In this document: piece by piece, positions 1-11,100 of the stretch
How the letters are laid out: every line of letters starts with the position of its first letter
Numbering within the stretch: position 1 is the first letter of the stretch
Assembly (NCBI GenBank): GCA_001938485.1
Contig: MQRK01182058.1
Span: 1-53,261 of the forward strand
Direction: 5' to 3'
Length of the DNA: 53,261 nt
DNA from: Girardia tigrina
Lineage: Eukaryota
Made by a program: the position numbers and the translations under genes
The notes under the pieces: generated by a model
Told to the model about the DNA's origin: nothing
The model's database searches: none
Seen by the model: the letters and a program-made list of their open reading frames with translations, nothing else

Positions 1-508
1 AAAATATCGATTAGCACATTTGGACACTGTGCAGTGATCGATTAGCACTTTTTTCTACGGTCCTTAGTTACGGGGTCATGCGTTGCTAATGAAAAACGTC
101 CTTGGTTACCGTTACCCTGCTTACCATGACCTTGGTAACCGTCACCAAGTGAACCGGAACGGTTGATGCCTAGGCTAGGGATCCGCCGACCAATCAGAAG
201 CGTTTCCAAGTGAACTGGAACCGTTGCTAAGGTGATCGCNNNNNNNNNNNNNNNNNNNNNNNNNNNNNNNNNNNNNNNNNNNNNNNNNNNNNNNNNNNNN
301 NNNNNNNNNNNNNNNNNAGGTGATCGCGACCGTTGCTAGGGAACCGCGCGGCCAATCGGAAGCGTTGCCAAGGTGATCGCGACCGTTGCCATGGTAACCG
401 TGACCGTTGCTAAGGTGATCGCGACCGTTGCCATGGCAACCACGGTAACTAATTACGACCCCCCCCCGGGGGGGGGTCATGTGGGGAGAAGCCCCATTTT
501 TCCCCTAC
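1..508 (+). mobile_element. Putative Helitron-like element 3' end with GC-rich minisatellite
   Basis: Repeats of ggtgatcgcgaccgttgc, a perfect 22-bp palindrome (457-478), hairpin tgggg-agaag-cccca and terminal CTAC. The junction falls at an A|T inside the MULE TIR. Confidence 0.45.
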
Positions 509-2750
509 TTTCGTTAGTGGACTAATTTCACTAATGCTGATATTATTTTGTTTATTATTAATAAAACCCGATATTGTTGAAAAAAATTAATTAATTAAAA
601 ATTGTAAAAAATTAAAGTAAAATAGTAGAAAAAGATAACTTAATCCTTCAAATTACACAAACAAATAAAATAAATAATTGCTGTTAAAGTGACTAATAAT
701 TTTAATAATAATGTAATTCTATTTTTACGACAAAATTAATTAGGAAATATTAAAAAATATACACAAATAATGCATAGACTAAACAACAATTGAATATAAC
801 TTGAACGACCTTTTATAACATAACTCTGTATATAAAAATAACGTAATATCATGAACGAAAAATATATTTCACTACAAATATTTTTGTTTACAAAATATCT
901 TTCTTTTCGACACAAAATTGATCGTCTTCAAGACCACTGCTGGTCTAAAATATTGATTGAATTGCAGGTTCAATCTCCAAAATGTTCAAGTATTTGCAAA
1001 GAAATTGGAATGGAGTGATTTCATTATTTATTAAACTATCTTTGAGCTCAGAAGAGAGATTTGATAGAATATTAGGATCACGCTGTCTAGTAGTTTCAAG
1101 TCCATTTCTTATACGCAAACTCTCTAGTCTCATGTCATCAATAATGTTGCTCAGAGTTTCAGTGAAAACCCATGGATTGCCATGATGAACCCCAAATTTC
1201 ATCTTTAGTTTCTTGGTGAAGGTCTCGGAGAAATTGTTGGTCAAGATCGGGGAATAGAGTCAATTGATTATCACGAGATCAATTAGCCATGTCCTTTCAA
1301 AGTAGAGATGAAAAGAGGCTAATTTTGTTTGTTGTTGTTGAGTTCCAATCCTTGTTTGTTTCAATGTACTAAATAATGTACGTATTTTATCAGAGGGCAA
1401 AAATCCAAGCGTCATTATCAAATTTATCAGTTGGTTAAATTCTTTATTGCAAATAAAAAAATATTTCAAGTCAATTTCACCAAGTTTCCTTACAATGGCC
1501 TACTTAAAATGAAAATAGCAGCCTTGACAGGTAATCTGAAAATATTTCACGAAATGCTCTGATTGGAGCTTTTTCAAAGTCACTAATTGCCAATGAAGGC
1601 AAAAATTGAGGTACCATATCTTTTATTTTTGAATAACCAATTTATGATGTTGATATTGCCTAGATTTGATCAAGACAAAAAATGTTGGCAACATTCTTTG
1701 ACCATGTCAAACTGAAATAATGAACAACTGAGAAAATATTTTTCGCACAATAAAAAATATCCCATCATAACAGATACTATCAAAATTTTGGAGACTATCA
1801 ACCATCTCAGTTGAAGAGAAAAAGATTCCAATGACTTCATCGCCATCAAATATTGGTCCCTTATAATGTTTGTTAATTATTGTATTTTCTGTTATGGATT
1901 TAACATAACCAGACACATCTTCTGGAATCTTAGGGAAGACAAGATGTTTTCTTTTGGTCATTCCTTGGGCAACCATTGGGAAAGAAATTCTCGAGACAAT
2001 TTCTTCTGAGTACACCCGACAAACATTATCAAAAATCTGTTTTGAACTTTCTGATATTGTTTCGTACTTATGTTTTAGCTCCTTCTTCAGTACTCTCATT
2101 GGTTCATCATATAGTTCAGGTTCGTGATTATGGAAGGTTCCAATAATAATTTCATTGGTATCAATGGTAATAGATGCTTTACTACTGCATCCTGTAGTGG
2201 GATACATTAGACACCTTAATGCAATTCTATTTTTGTACACTTTATTCTTATAATACAAAAAAGAATTCGCCCGATACAGTTTGGAATTCTTTCGCAACCC
2301 CTCTACAACTTCATATCCAATATTTGAAGATGGCGTTTGATCTACCATAACAACGTTTTAAATTTTATTAATTCTTAAAAAACATAAAGTTAAAACAAAA
2401 TTAATTCTCTATCAAAATTAAATCTTTAGCGAAATTAATTATTTAGCGAAATTAGTTCTTTAGCGAAATTAAATTATTTTTCTACTACCTTTTTCTACTA
2501 TTTTACAATTTTTAATTAATTTACCTTTTATACTATTTTACTTTAATTTTTTACAATTTTTAATTAATTAAGTTTTTTTACAATATCGGATTTCATTAAT
2601 AATAAACAAAATAATATCAGCATTAGTGAAATTAGTCCACTAACGAAATTAATTCTTAAGCGAAATTAATTCTTTAGCGAAATTAGTTCTTTAGTGAAAT
2701 TAGTTCTTTAGCGAAATTAGTTCATTAGCGAAATTAGTTCCGTAACACCC
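509..2750 (-). mobile_element. Mutator/MULE DNA transposon (left tip interrupted)
   Basis: ~130-bp inverted repeat 509-~635 / ~2521-2648; subterminal 17-bp tandem repeats (agcgaaattagttcttt) ending in ccgtaacaccc at 2750. Confidence 0.85.
945..2348 (-). pseudogene. Degenerate FLYWCH-MULE transposase
   Basis: FLYYKN..LRC..GC..HNH FLYWCH finger, DGIF (DGTF-like) and GCYFHF motifs; split by frameshifts and stops into ORFs 1707-2348, 1260-1469 and 945-1244. Confidence 0.88.
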
Positions 2751-4886
2751 AGAAACACACTCTGTGCAGCAGCAAGAGAGATGTTGTATCATAATATGAT
2801 AAGGTATACACCTACACTGACAAGGGTGTGAATTTTCATTGTGTCTGGGATTGTCGTCCCATCCTTTAATAAATTGCAAACCGCAATATGTGCATTTTCA
2901 AGATCTGTTTTGTCAATAATAAAAATGTTGATTTTTGATGAATCTTTATAAACATTGGCCCAAGCTGCGAAATCTTCAAAATCCTGAATCGTAGCCTTTC
3001 CATGCTTGACAACATTATCCGCCTCACGTTTCATCACAGCACCCACACCATCACAATTGCCTTTATCGTGTGAAGTTTCAAAATAGGTTCATGTGCAACC
3101 AAGACCAAACAAATGTTTAAAGCAGGAAATAATGGTAAACATGATTTTATTCCGGTATTGAGACGTTGGTCCATCTGTTAGAAAGTGAAGACGTTTCCAT
3201 TTGGAATCCACCTTGTTTAAGTTTAGAGATCAGTTCGGTAATAATTGAAAATACCATTACAGCTGAATGCTCTAGTTCTGCCGAAATCGCGCAAATGTCG
3301 AGTGTGTATAAGCTCTTGATTTGGTAATTTCGAATAAACGACGATAGGATGTAATGTGATCTGTGTTTGGCCCCAATATGCACTTTGTATTTCGTCATAT
3401 TGTACGCACGTATAATTCTCCGCAAAGTCCATGTGTACTAAACAATCGCCGTCTTCTATGTTCTCTTTTAACTTTTTGATGGAAGCAAACTGGTTTAAAA
3501 CCCTTCTAAGATGATTTTTAAATTCATCAAACGAAACAGACACATAACGAAAGAACTCATCCCGAACCATCTTTTTCGGAAGCACTTTAATTTTTTTCTT
3601 TCCTTTTTCTTCGGTTTCGTTGTCCCATTTTCTAAAGCACACATTAGTGGGAGTGTCTTGAGAAATTTTATTGAACAAAAACGTAACTAAATCAAAATCT
3701 TTTTTATTAGCACCTTGTTCTTCAATCCAAGTAATAAATGATTCGGGATCTTTCGAAGGAATTTCTACTTTAAGCTGTTGGAGACATTCCAAAAGAAGAG
3801 CAAAATTTTGATGGTATTTGCATAGGCAAATATTACGATTGATAAAATTAACAAGTTTAGTTTCTCTTTCTCAATCTTGTGAAAGTTGTGTATGATATTT
3901 TAATGAAGGGGTTTTCAGAACAGAATTTCTTGAATAAATTGGTCATAGAATCGCATAGGTATCGCTTTTAGAATTTCTCTATATTTATGGTGACCGTATC
4001 ATTCTTGTCTGGGCTTGTTCGGGAAACATCATTTCGAAGGAAAAAATCTTGAACATATTTATCAATTTTCGATTTTATATCACAACGTTCTTTTCTCAGT
4101 TTAAGGATATTTGAAACAGCAGTTTGCTTATGAATTTTTCCAAATTGGAAATATTTCCTGGCATGTGAATTCAATCGATATTTTTTTAGAATGTTTCCCG
4201 CCAAAAGTCTGCCAACCAAAGAACCCTTTCTTAAACTAGATTTTTGTCTACTTGTCTGCAGTTCTGAAACAACCGCAGCATTAAAAAGGATCTCTTTCCT
4301 TAAATTGGCAGACAAACATGTCATGGAAATACCGCTCTTTTCAAAAGATTTTTTGATTTTGGATTTCGGTAACAAAGTATTTTCATTCGGAGTTGAAATT
4401 AAATCGGTGACAAACTTTTGATAGGTAACCGTGACAGTCCTGCGTTGAAATTGTTTTTTTTGTCCGGTTACACTTCCTCTCTAATTTTATTATCGTTTCT
4501 TGTAATTTTTTATTTTTCTATTAGCTAATGAGGTTGATCTTGAAATTCTTTTTCGAGTACGCATTTTAGAGCTTACAGCCTAGTATTAGGTCTAGTATTA
4601 TGGTCTAAAATAAAATTTATGGTTTAAATTTAAAGAAAAATGTATTCACAACCGGGCTTCGGATTATGTTTAGATCTTCATTTCCGGCAGACTTCTTTGA
4701 TTTTCGTGTCTTCTGAACTCGCAAATTGACATCTTTACATCTTTTTGCTAGTTGTCTAGCACTTAAATTTGCAATTAGGACGTAATTTTTTCTCTGTTGT
4801 TTACAATTTTTCTTTTTATATTCTGGGTCATTTTTTATTTTGTCTCTATACTTTTTAGATCTTTCAGTTGGCGTTAAATTTGGCAT
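2751..4886 (-). mobile_element. Degenerate Sola-like (probably Sola2) DDD transposase
   Basis: DFAENY..EIQSAYW..TLHP, DGPTSQYRNK, FETSHDKGNCDGVGAVMKR and LSCCCTEC motifs across frameshifted ORFs; truncated at 2750 by the MULE. Confidence 0.75.
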
Positions 4887-6795
4887 CTCGAAAAAATCAA
4901 CACATTAAAAACTTATATTTAAAAATAACAGCATCTGGACAACTGCAAAATGCATTTAGTCAGATTATGTACATTCATAATTTAAGATTGTTCCAATAAA
5001 ATTAGAAAAATACAAGTTTGAAACATTCGTCCCGTAACGAATGTTACGTAGCGAATGTTACAATACCACATGACTTGATAACCCATACGGAAAGAAACAA
5101 TTGAAGGCACTCAATGAATATATTAATGTTAAGAGTACAGAAGCAGAAAATAAAATTAGTTTGTGTGAATAAATTTTCAGCTGTTATTAGCATACATAAC
5201 GGCATACGAATGTTGCACCCTTAACGAATTGCTTTACTATGTCATATAAACAGCTAATACAAAATGAAAATACTTCATATGCAAAGCTTGTAAATATTAC
5301 AGCCCATTTAATAGCATTTCAAACAGATAAAAAGGAGCTATTCAACTTGGAAATTTATATGTAATAATCTGATAATGTGTATTTACCTAATATGACATGA
5401 ATGTTTCATAAAATTTCGGGACATTTTAAAATAAGTCCTCTTTCATAACTGTGTGGTGTATATTATTTATTTATCGTACGAGTGAAGTTTCATGACTGTT
5501 ATATCAATCATAATATAAATAAAAGTAACTTACGTTTACAGCAGAAGGAATGGTACTCCAATAAATAATACAAGTGTACTGGGGGACAACGTGTTTTATG
5601 TAATTTTCCTACTTTCGCCTGACCAATAGAAATTCACCTTTTGTATTTCTATGCATTACGTGCATTCAATTGTCAGAACATTTGATCCACTACTTGAATC
5701 AATAAAAATATTCCAAGAATAGGTTGTGTATGTACGTAAAACAAGGCAGGGATAGAGAAATCACGAATTGACCTATATAACTGAAAATGAGCCGGATACA
5801 TATAAATTATATAATAGATTAAAAAAAATGTTTCCACGTCACATTCAAAGATCTACTACTTACACATGTAAGTAGTAGGTGATGGAAAAAAAGCATTTCA
5901 ACAAAGTAATTTGATTCAAAAAACCTAAAATTTAAAATCAAACTCAATGTAAATCTAGGTAAGCAAATGAGAAATTTTCTTTATTAAAAAAATCGAATTC
6001 ATAGTGATAAGATTATTGTCAAGGTTATTTGGATATAAAACATTGACTTTATTGAGTAAGAGTAATAAAATGAAGCAAAAATATTTTTTAATATTTATTC
6101 CCTTTTAGTTGATTGATTGTCATTTTACAAAAGGCTTTAATTTATCTGAATTTAACAATTATAATAATATTTCGGTAACAAATTTTTGATAACATAATAA
6201 AATTATAAATTATTACTTAATTAATAATAATTTAAAAGTAATTGAGTGACTTTTTATTGAAAACTTTCAGATGAAGTGTAAAAAACTTTTAAAAATTAAA
6301 TTTTTAAAAGTTTTTTTTTCCATTGGCGGCTTGCGGCCTATAAACTTTCTATTGGATACATATGAATATATACCTAAATACATATATAGAAAGTAAGCTA
6401 ATATATTAGAATGGAAAAAAGAATTGACTTCTTGAAACAAAATTTTAATTAACATAAATTTTGCTTCCTGGTACAAATTAGCCCACATTATCCTATAAGA
6501 TACTGTTAAATGGCGTTGTTTTATGTATTTAAAATAGCACATAAAGTATTTGTGTTTATTTAAATAATAAACTTTTTTGTACAGTTATTGGTTTAAGTTA
6601 ATGAGAAAAGTGTTATTTGGAATTGATAATTTTTATTTAGTAATTTTCCCTTTTTAATATCTTCAAAATCTCAGATGGTAAAGTTTTCCTCCCATAAAGT
6701 ATGATAGATGAAACAGTGGTCCCAAACCTTTTTATGATAAAGTTATTCACACAAGAAATACAACTTGTGATCTATTTTGCATACCCTTAGATGTA

Positions 6796-7422
6796 CAGTG
6801 GGACTTCGACCAACGAACCTTATTCGTTCTTATCTCGAAACTCAGTTTTACATTGTATGATTATTTGTTCATTGTTATATATGTGTAAAAGGCAATTATT
6901 ATCAAATTATCAAAAATAAATAAAGAACGCATTGCTTACAAAAGGACAATGTTCGGATTTTGTTTAGTTGTCATCAGTTCCTTCTTTTTGTCTCTTTGAC
7001 GACGGAGGTTTACAAAAATCTATCTAACGTTGACTGTGCCTGTCATTTTCTAAATATCTTTTTTCAGAGATTAAAGAAATTGTATTTAAATATATTAGAT
7101 GCTTTAGATGCAAAGACTTTATTTATATGTTATTCATTAACTAATTCTTTGAATTGTCATTAGTGTTACAAGACTGTTTTTATCTCACTTGTTCATGACT
7201 TTTTTATCTCTTCTTTGTTCTCTGAAGATCTTTGTTTTCCTGTTCTTGTCTTAACTTCTGTAGTTTTTCGTAAGTAGGTTCAACGTTATTTTCCTCTATC
7301 AATTCTTCTTTTGTATTTTCTTTTCCTCTCGTTACGTTCATATTAAGATGTTAAAAAGGAAAAAACACAAGAAGTGTTCAAACATTTGTAAATTTAGTGG
7401 TTCGTAGATCGATGTCTCACTG
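6796..7422. mobile_element. pogo/Tigger-like non-autonomous element
   Basis: Imperfect TIRs cagtgggacttcgaccaacgaacc / ggttcgtagatcgatgtctcactg; TA on the left flank. Confidence 0.7.
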
Positions 7423-7477
7423 TTTTAATATGTTTAGTGTAAAAGAAGAAAAGTCATCTATAAATTATTTTGTTTTT

Positions 7478-8058
7478 ACAAGCTTTTATTACGTTTCATT
7501 TGTTTGTTTGTTTGTTTGTCTGTATGGATCAAATCTTGCGATCGAAATTTCACCCACTTCCCGTTGTGCTGGTGACTTGAAATTTTNNNNNNNNNNNNNN
7601 NNNNNNNNNNNNNNNNNNNNNNNNNNNNNNNNNNNNNNNNNNNNNNNNNNNNNNNNNNNNNNNNNNNNNNNNNNNNNNNNNNNNNNNNNNNNNNNNNNNN
7701 NNNNNNNNNNNNNNNNNNNNNNNNNNNNNNNNNNNNNNNNNNNNNNNNNNNNNNNNNNNNNNNNNNNNNNNNNNNNNNNNNNNNNNNNNNNNNNNNNNNN
7801 NNNNNNNNNNNNNNNNNNNNNNNNNNNNNNNNNNNNNNNNNNNNNNNNNNNNNNNNNNNNNNNNNNNNNNNNNNNNNNNNNNNNNNNNNNNNNNNNNNNN
7901 NNNNNNNNNNNNNNNNNNNNNNNNNNNNNNNNNNNNNNNNNNNNNNNGTAGGCTTTGATAATTCAGTCAAAAAATGTGGGAAGTGGGTGAAATAGATACA
8001 GAACCGTAAATATATGACAAATTATAAAAGCTTGTACACCAAAAATTTTTTTGGTATG
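7478..8058 (+). mobile_element. Helentron-associated (HINE/DINE-1-like) non-autonomous element, gapped
   Basis: Subterminal IR acaagcttttat (7478) / ataaaagcttgt (8024-8035), (GTTT)n/GTCT microsatellite, internal IR atttcacccacttcc / ggaagtgggtgaaat, 3' stem-loop 8037-8058. Confidence 0.7.
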
Positions 8059-8089
8059 ATATTATTAAATCTTCTTTTCATTTACTAAC

Positions 8090-8146
8090 AGAAAATCCAC
8101 AAAAAGCTTGAATAACTTTTTGTCGTACCACAAAAGAAGTGTCCTT
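8090..8146 (-). CDS. smo: smo exon, start of ECL3
   Basis: After a 28-nt GT-AG intron it reads (K)GHFFCGTTKSYSSFLWIF; SIKGHFFC has the same spacing as SFRDYVLC; donor GTTAGT. Confidence 0.55.
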
Positions 8147-11100
8147 CTTTCAAGAATATGTTAAATTCAACAACTAATTGATAGATTTCTGCTTTGCAAC
8201 GTCCTTGCTTCATAGAAGATGACATTTATTGAAATTAACTCATTAGATAAAGGCTGGAAAATAAATTCTCATCTATATCATGCAATGTTTGATATAGATG
8301 AGAATTTATTTTCCAGCCTTTATCTAATGAGTTAATTTCAATAAATGTCATCTTCTATGAAGCAAGGACGTTGCAAAGCAGAAATCTATCAATTAGTTGT
8401 AAATAATAATACATTATACATAAATAATGATCAACCAATGAAAGCAAACCATAAAATGTCGCGGTTTTACTCATTCTTTTGGAGTGAATTTTTTGTTGAC
8501 TACTTGCATAAAGATTTAAACGCTTTTGAATAATTCTGATATGAGTTATAACTATAATTAGAAAGGATTATTAAAGAATTGAGAAAGAGACAGTTACTTA
8601 TGTTCATTATGATAGACAGAATCACTAAAACCACAGTCAATGGCAGCAACGACAAACATATTCTTTTAACCATAGAATCATTTGCTACAAAACAAATTCC
8701 TGACAATGGATCGCCTTTTATCTACGTTTATAATATATTTATAACAAAATATTTGAGGGAAAAAACTTAACCAACTTCCCCTATTGTTAAACTGATAATG
8801 AGTAGAGATAAGGATATCAAAATAACAAACAACTGTCTGCTGAGGCTGTGACTTCTTGAATTAATTGAATCGCAATTAGTTCCGATTCCGAACAATTTTA
8901 CTTCATCTTTATCTATTCAAATATTAAAATGATATCAATAATAGATAAAAAATTAAAATAAAACAAAAATTATCATTTTATTTAATATAATTCCTTTCTT
9001 TTAATCATATTACTATATCAAATTTAGTGTGGTTTTAAAACTAAGATTTACCTATCCAAAATGGATTTGTTTCCCACTCTCAAACTTTTCAACTTTTTTT
9101 AAACATATTTTGACTGAAATATTTTGTTTAAATCCTTTCATATGTTTAATGAACAAGGCATTAAAACAATTAATTATGAATAAGTTTATACAGTATTTTC
9201 CAGTAGATAACGCGCACCGTTATCTGTACAAAAATGTTAAATGTTGTCAAAATATGAACTGTGAATCCTGTATTGGTGATAACGATGTATACCTCTTAGG
9301 TATACCATATGCCTGCTATGCGCGTTATCTATACATAAAAAGGGATGTCAAAAAGTAAGAGCTGTGCGTTATCTAGCGGAAAATACGGTACTTCTAAATT
9401 TTGAGAAAATCATCTCGAAAATAAATTCTTTTTGTTTAATCTATATTATTTCAATTTGATTTATAAATATTATCAATTATATCTTTAAAAAATATTAAAA
9501 AATATATTTGCTTTCTTATCGTTTCATTCAAATAAAATATTTTTTGATAAATATTACAAAACATCATCATGCAAACTTGTAATAGTTAGAATATTTGTTA
9601 AAATGTTCACTTACTATAGTTAATTATTTTTGTAATAAATTATAAAAATGTCTACTAATAATGTTTTGACTGTTGAACGTAAACAGGATACTTTTGTTTG
9701 TGGAATTTCCAAAATAGATGGAAGGAGGAAAATATTTGTAAAACTTCCTCAATTTCGCTAGATTTCATAAATATTAAAAGGTAATTGAAATTTTTGATGG
9801 TAAGAAGATAGCTAGATCTACCAGGAAAGGTGGTCACTGAATTTTTCTATAACTTTACAAAGTTCAGAAGTATCGTGGATAAAGATGATGAACGATATCG
9901 ATGTATTAAACTATGAAACCACTGGTGAACGACATTGTTAAAAGTCAAATCTTGAAAAAAAAGAATTAATTTCAGCGTTTTTTCTTTAATACTTTAACAA
10001 TATAAGACTGTTAGATAAGTTATTATTAAACCGAATATGTTGGAAGAAAACATTGATTAATTGTAACAACTATGGAAAATTTGACACCAGAAAGCAGTGG
10101 CAACAATCAAGGCAACTTTACCTACGGATTGATGACGTCGTCAATTTGAAGTGGAGGAGAAAGTTGGAGTAAAAATAGATCTATAAAAACTTCGACTAAA
10201 TAAAATGAGGTATAAAAAGCCTTGCAAGATTGTTCTTTACCTTAAAACATATTATGCAGTTTTAAGATAACTCAATTAAATAAAGCCTAAGAGAATCGAA
10301 TCGCTAAAAAGATATATTTCATCTATAACATAAAAGGTAGATGATTTATTTTAAAAAAATGATAATTGATTATTTATTGTTTTTAAATAAATTATAGAAA
10401 TTTCTTTTTATTTTCTGAATATCAATGTAAAAAGTAATAGAGAGAAATGTTATTTAAAGCCAAATAGGAAATTAATAGATATTAATTAATTCATTCCTTT
10501 ATAATTATGTATTTAGATATACGATACCTTTCACCTCTAAAAATAAAAACTTATTTAAAACAACACCTCTCCATATAGGATTTTTTTAAAATGTAAGATA
10601 GCATTGAAAAACAAAACACAAATCCATATAATTAACACATACATAATAGAGTAAAAAATATATTAAATTAAACAACGATTTTTGATTACAACAAAAACGA
10701 AACTTCCATTACAACTAACCATAATATATCGGCAATACTTAGATTGAAAAGGACTGTAAAAATAGGTGATAGTTTTAAGTAAACGTATGATAAACATTAA
10801 TTATTTATGCAACCTTCAATACGTAGATTAATCTCCCAGTGTTGACTTTTTATATTTTTATTTAAACAACAATTTTGATTGACCTTAAGACAATCTTTGT
10901 CAAAACTTTCGTACATTTGCATTTTAAACGAAATTGATTAATGAATTAATTCTTATTATTTTTAGCAAATGGGGAAATAAATATTTTAATAAAATATTTA
11001 CTCAAAACTTATTGAATAATAATTAAAATGATTATTAATTAATGAAAAAATATTAATTTGATTTATTTATTAAATATAATAAAAATTAATTAACTTATTT

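Noticed and set aside
2420-2745. Regular 17-bp repeats resembling a CRISPR-like array
   Set aside because: No unique spacers and a eukaryotic context; these are MULE subterminal repeats.
5534-5780. Possible smo TM6/TM7 exon (good acceptor and GTAAGT donor, hydrophobic stretches)
   Set aside because: All three frames contain stops and there is no convincing TM7 motif; more likely a transposon 5' region.
8579-8770. Plus-strand ORF with integrase-like DNGSPF
   Set aside because: It is the antisense shadow of the smo GDPLSGICFV exon.
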